Origin: an uncultured Veillonellaceae bacterium | GTDB lineage: Bacteria > Bacillota > Negativicutes > JARBTT01 | Direction: 5' to 3' | Length of the DNA: 64,000 bases | Assembly: GCA_963805085.1 (NCBI GenBank) | Contig: CAWDTA010000002.1 | Coordinates: forward strand, 256,001-320,000 | Part shown: one piece after another, positions 63,540 through 64,000 of the stretch | How positions within the stretch are numbered: the first letter of the stretch is position 1 | How the letters are laid out: each line of letters opens with the position of its first letter | Position numbers and translations under genes: made by a program | The notes under the pieces: generated by a model | What the model saw: only the letters and a program-made list of their open reading frames with translations | The model's database searches: none | What the model was told of the DNA's origin: nothing

Positions 63540-64000
63540 TTAGATATAACAAAATTCATAGTATGCACATGATTTACATGCAGGTTTATCAATGATCTGC
63601 GGTAAATTTGCTTCTGCTAAAATTTCTTTTATCAATTTCAAGTTAGTTTCTACTGTTTCCATGTCCTCTTCTGTCAAAAAAACTTCTTCCGTTAAATGCT
63701 CCTTCGGAACAGCCAGCATCCCCTTAATATCTTTCAAACCGTGTTTATGTAAAACATAGAGATAATATTTAATCTGATTAATCGCCATCTGTTTTTCTTT
63801 TTTACTTTTCTTCACTTCATAAACAATACCATTGTGAATATAGTCAATGTTAATACAATCATCTACCAGAATATGTTTTCGTTCGCGACTATAAGAAGTC
63901 TCATCAATGATTTTGCCAATCTGCACATGTTCATTCTCATCTTCTAAGCTAATATCATGTGCATATAACCACATTTTGCGTGTACATAAAAAATAGTAAG
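63540..64000 (-). CDS. cas4: CRISPR-associated Cas4, 5' end outside the window
   Basis: The frame continues upstream as YYFLCTRKMW; EVKKS, QIKYYLY and C-terminal CKSCAYYEFC Fe-S cluster motif. Confidence 0.95.
   Translation of the reverse strand, partial: YYFLCTRKMWLYAHDISLEDENEHVQIGKIIDETSYSRERKHILVDDCINIDYIHNGIVYEVKKSKKEKQMAINQIKYYLYVLHKHGLKDIKGMLAVPKEHLTEEVFLTEEDMETVETNLKLIKEILAEANLPQIIDKPACKSCAYYEFCYI

Overview
Low-GC chromosomal segment. It most likely comes from a spore-forming diderm Firmicute (Negativicutes-like); this is inferred from a Bacillus-type rpmE-prfA-prmC-ywlC..glyA-upp-wecB-atp-ywmB-murA-spoIID gene order together with an outer-membrane TpsB transporter. Left to right: (1) a two-partner secretion locus (CdiA/FHA-like TpsA cut by the window edge, plus TpsB); (2) a MITE-like insertion and gene scars; (3) a sigma54/LevR-type mannose-family PTS operon; (4) spoIID; (5) an 8.6-kb accessory block (sucrose PTS operon, diguanylate cyclase, BglG antiterminator, flavin oxidoreductase); (6) murA, the F1Fo ATP synthase operon and housekeeping genes; (7) two small orphan ORFs; (8) a very long type I-B CRISPR array (157 repeats by manual count) followed by leader, cas2, cas1 and partial cas4. 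The array is interrupted inside spacers by an IS110 element and by an IS21 element. For the IS110, a circle-junction promoter and candidate bridge-RNA guides can be read from the sequence. The trailer end of the array terminates in a single type I-C-like repeat. All calls come from reading the sequence and recalling protein families; no searches were run.
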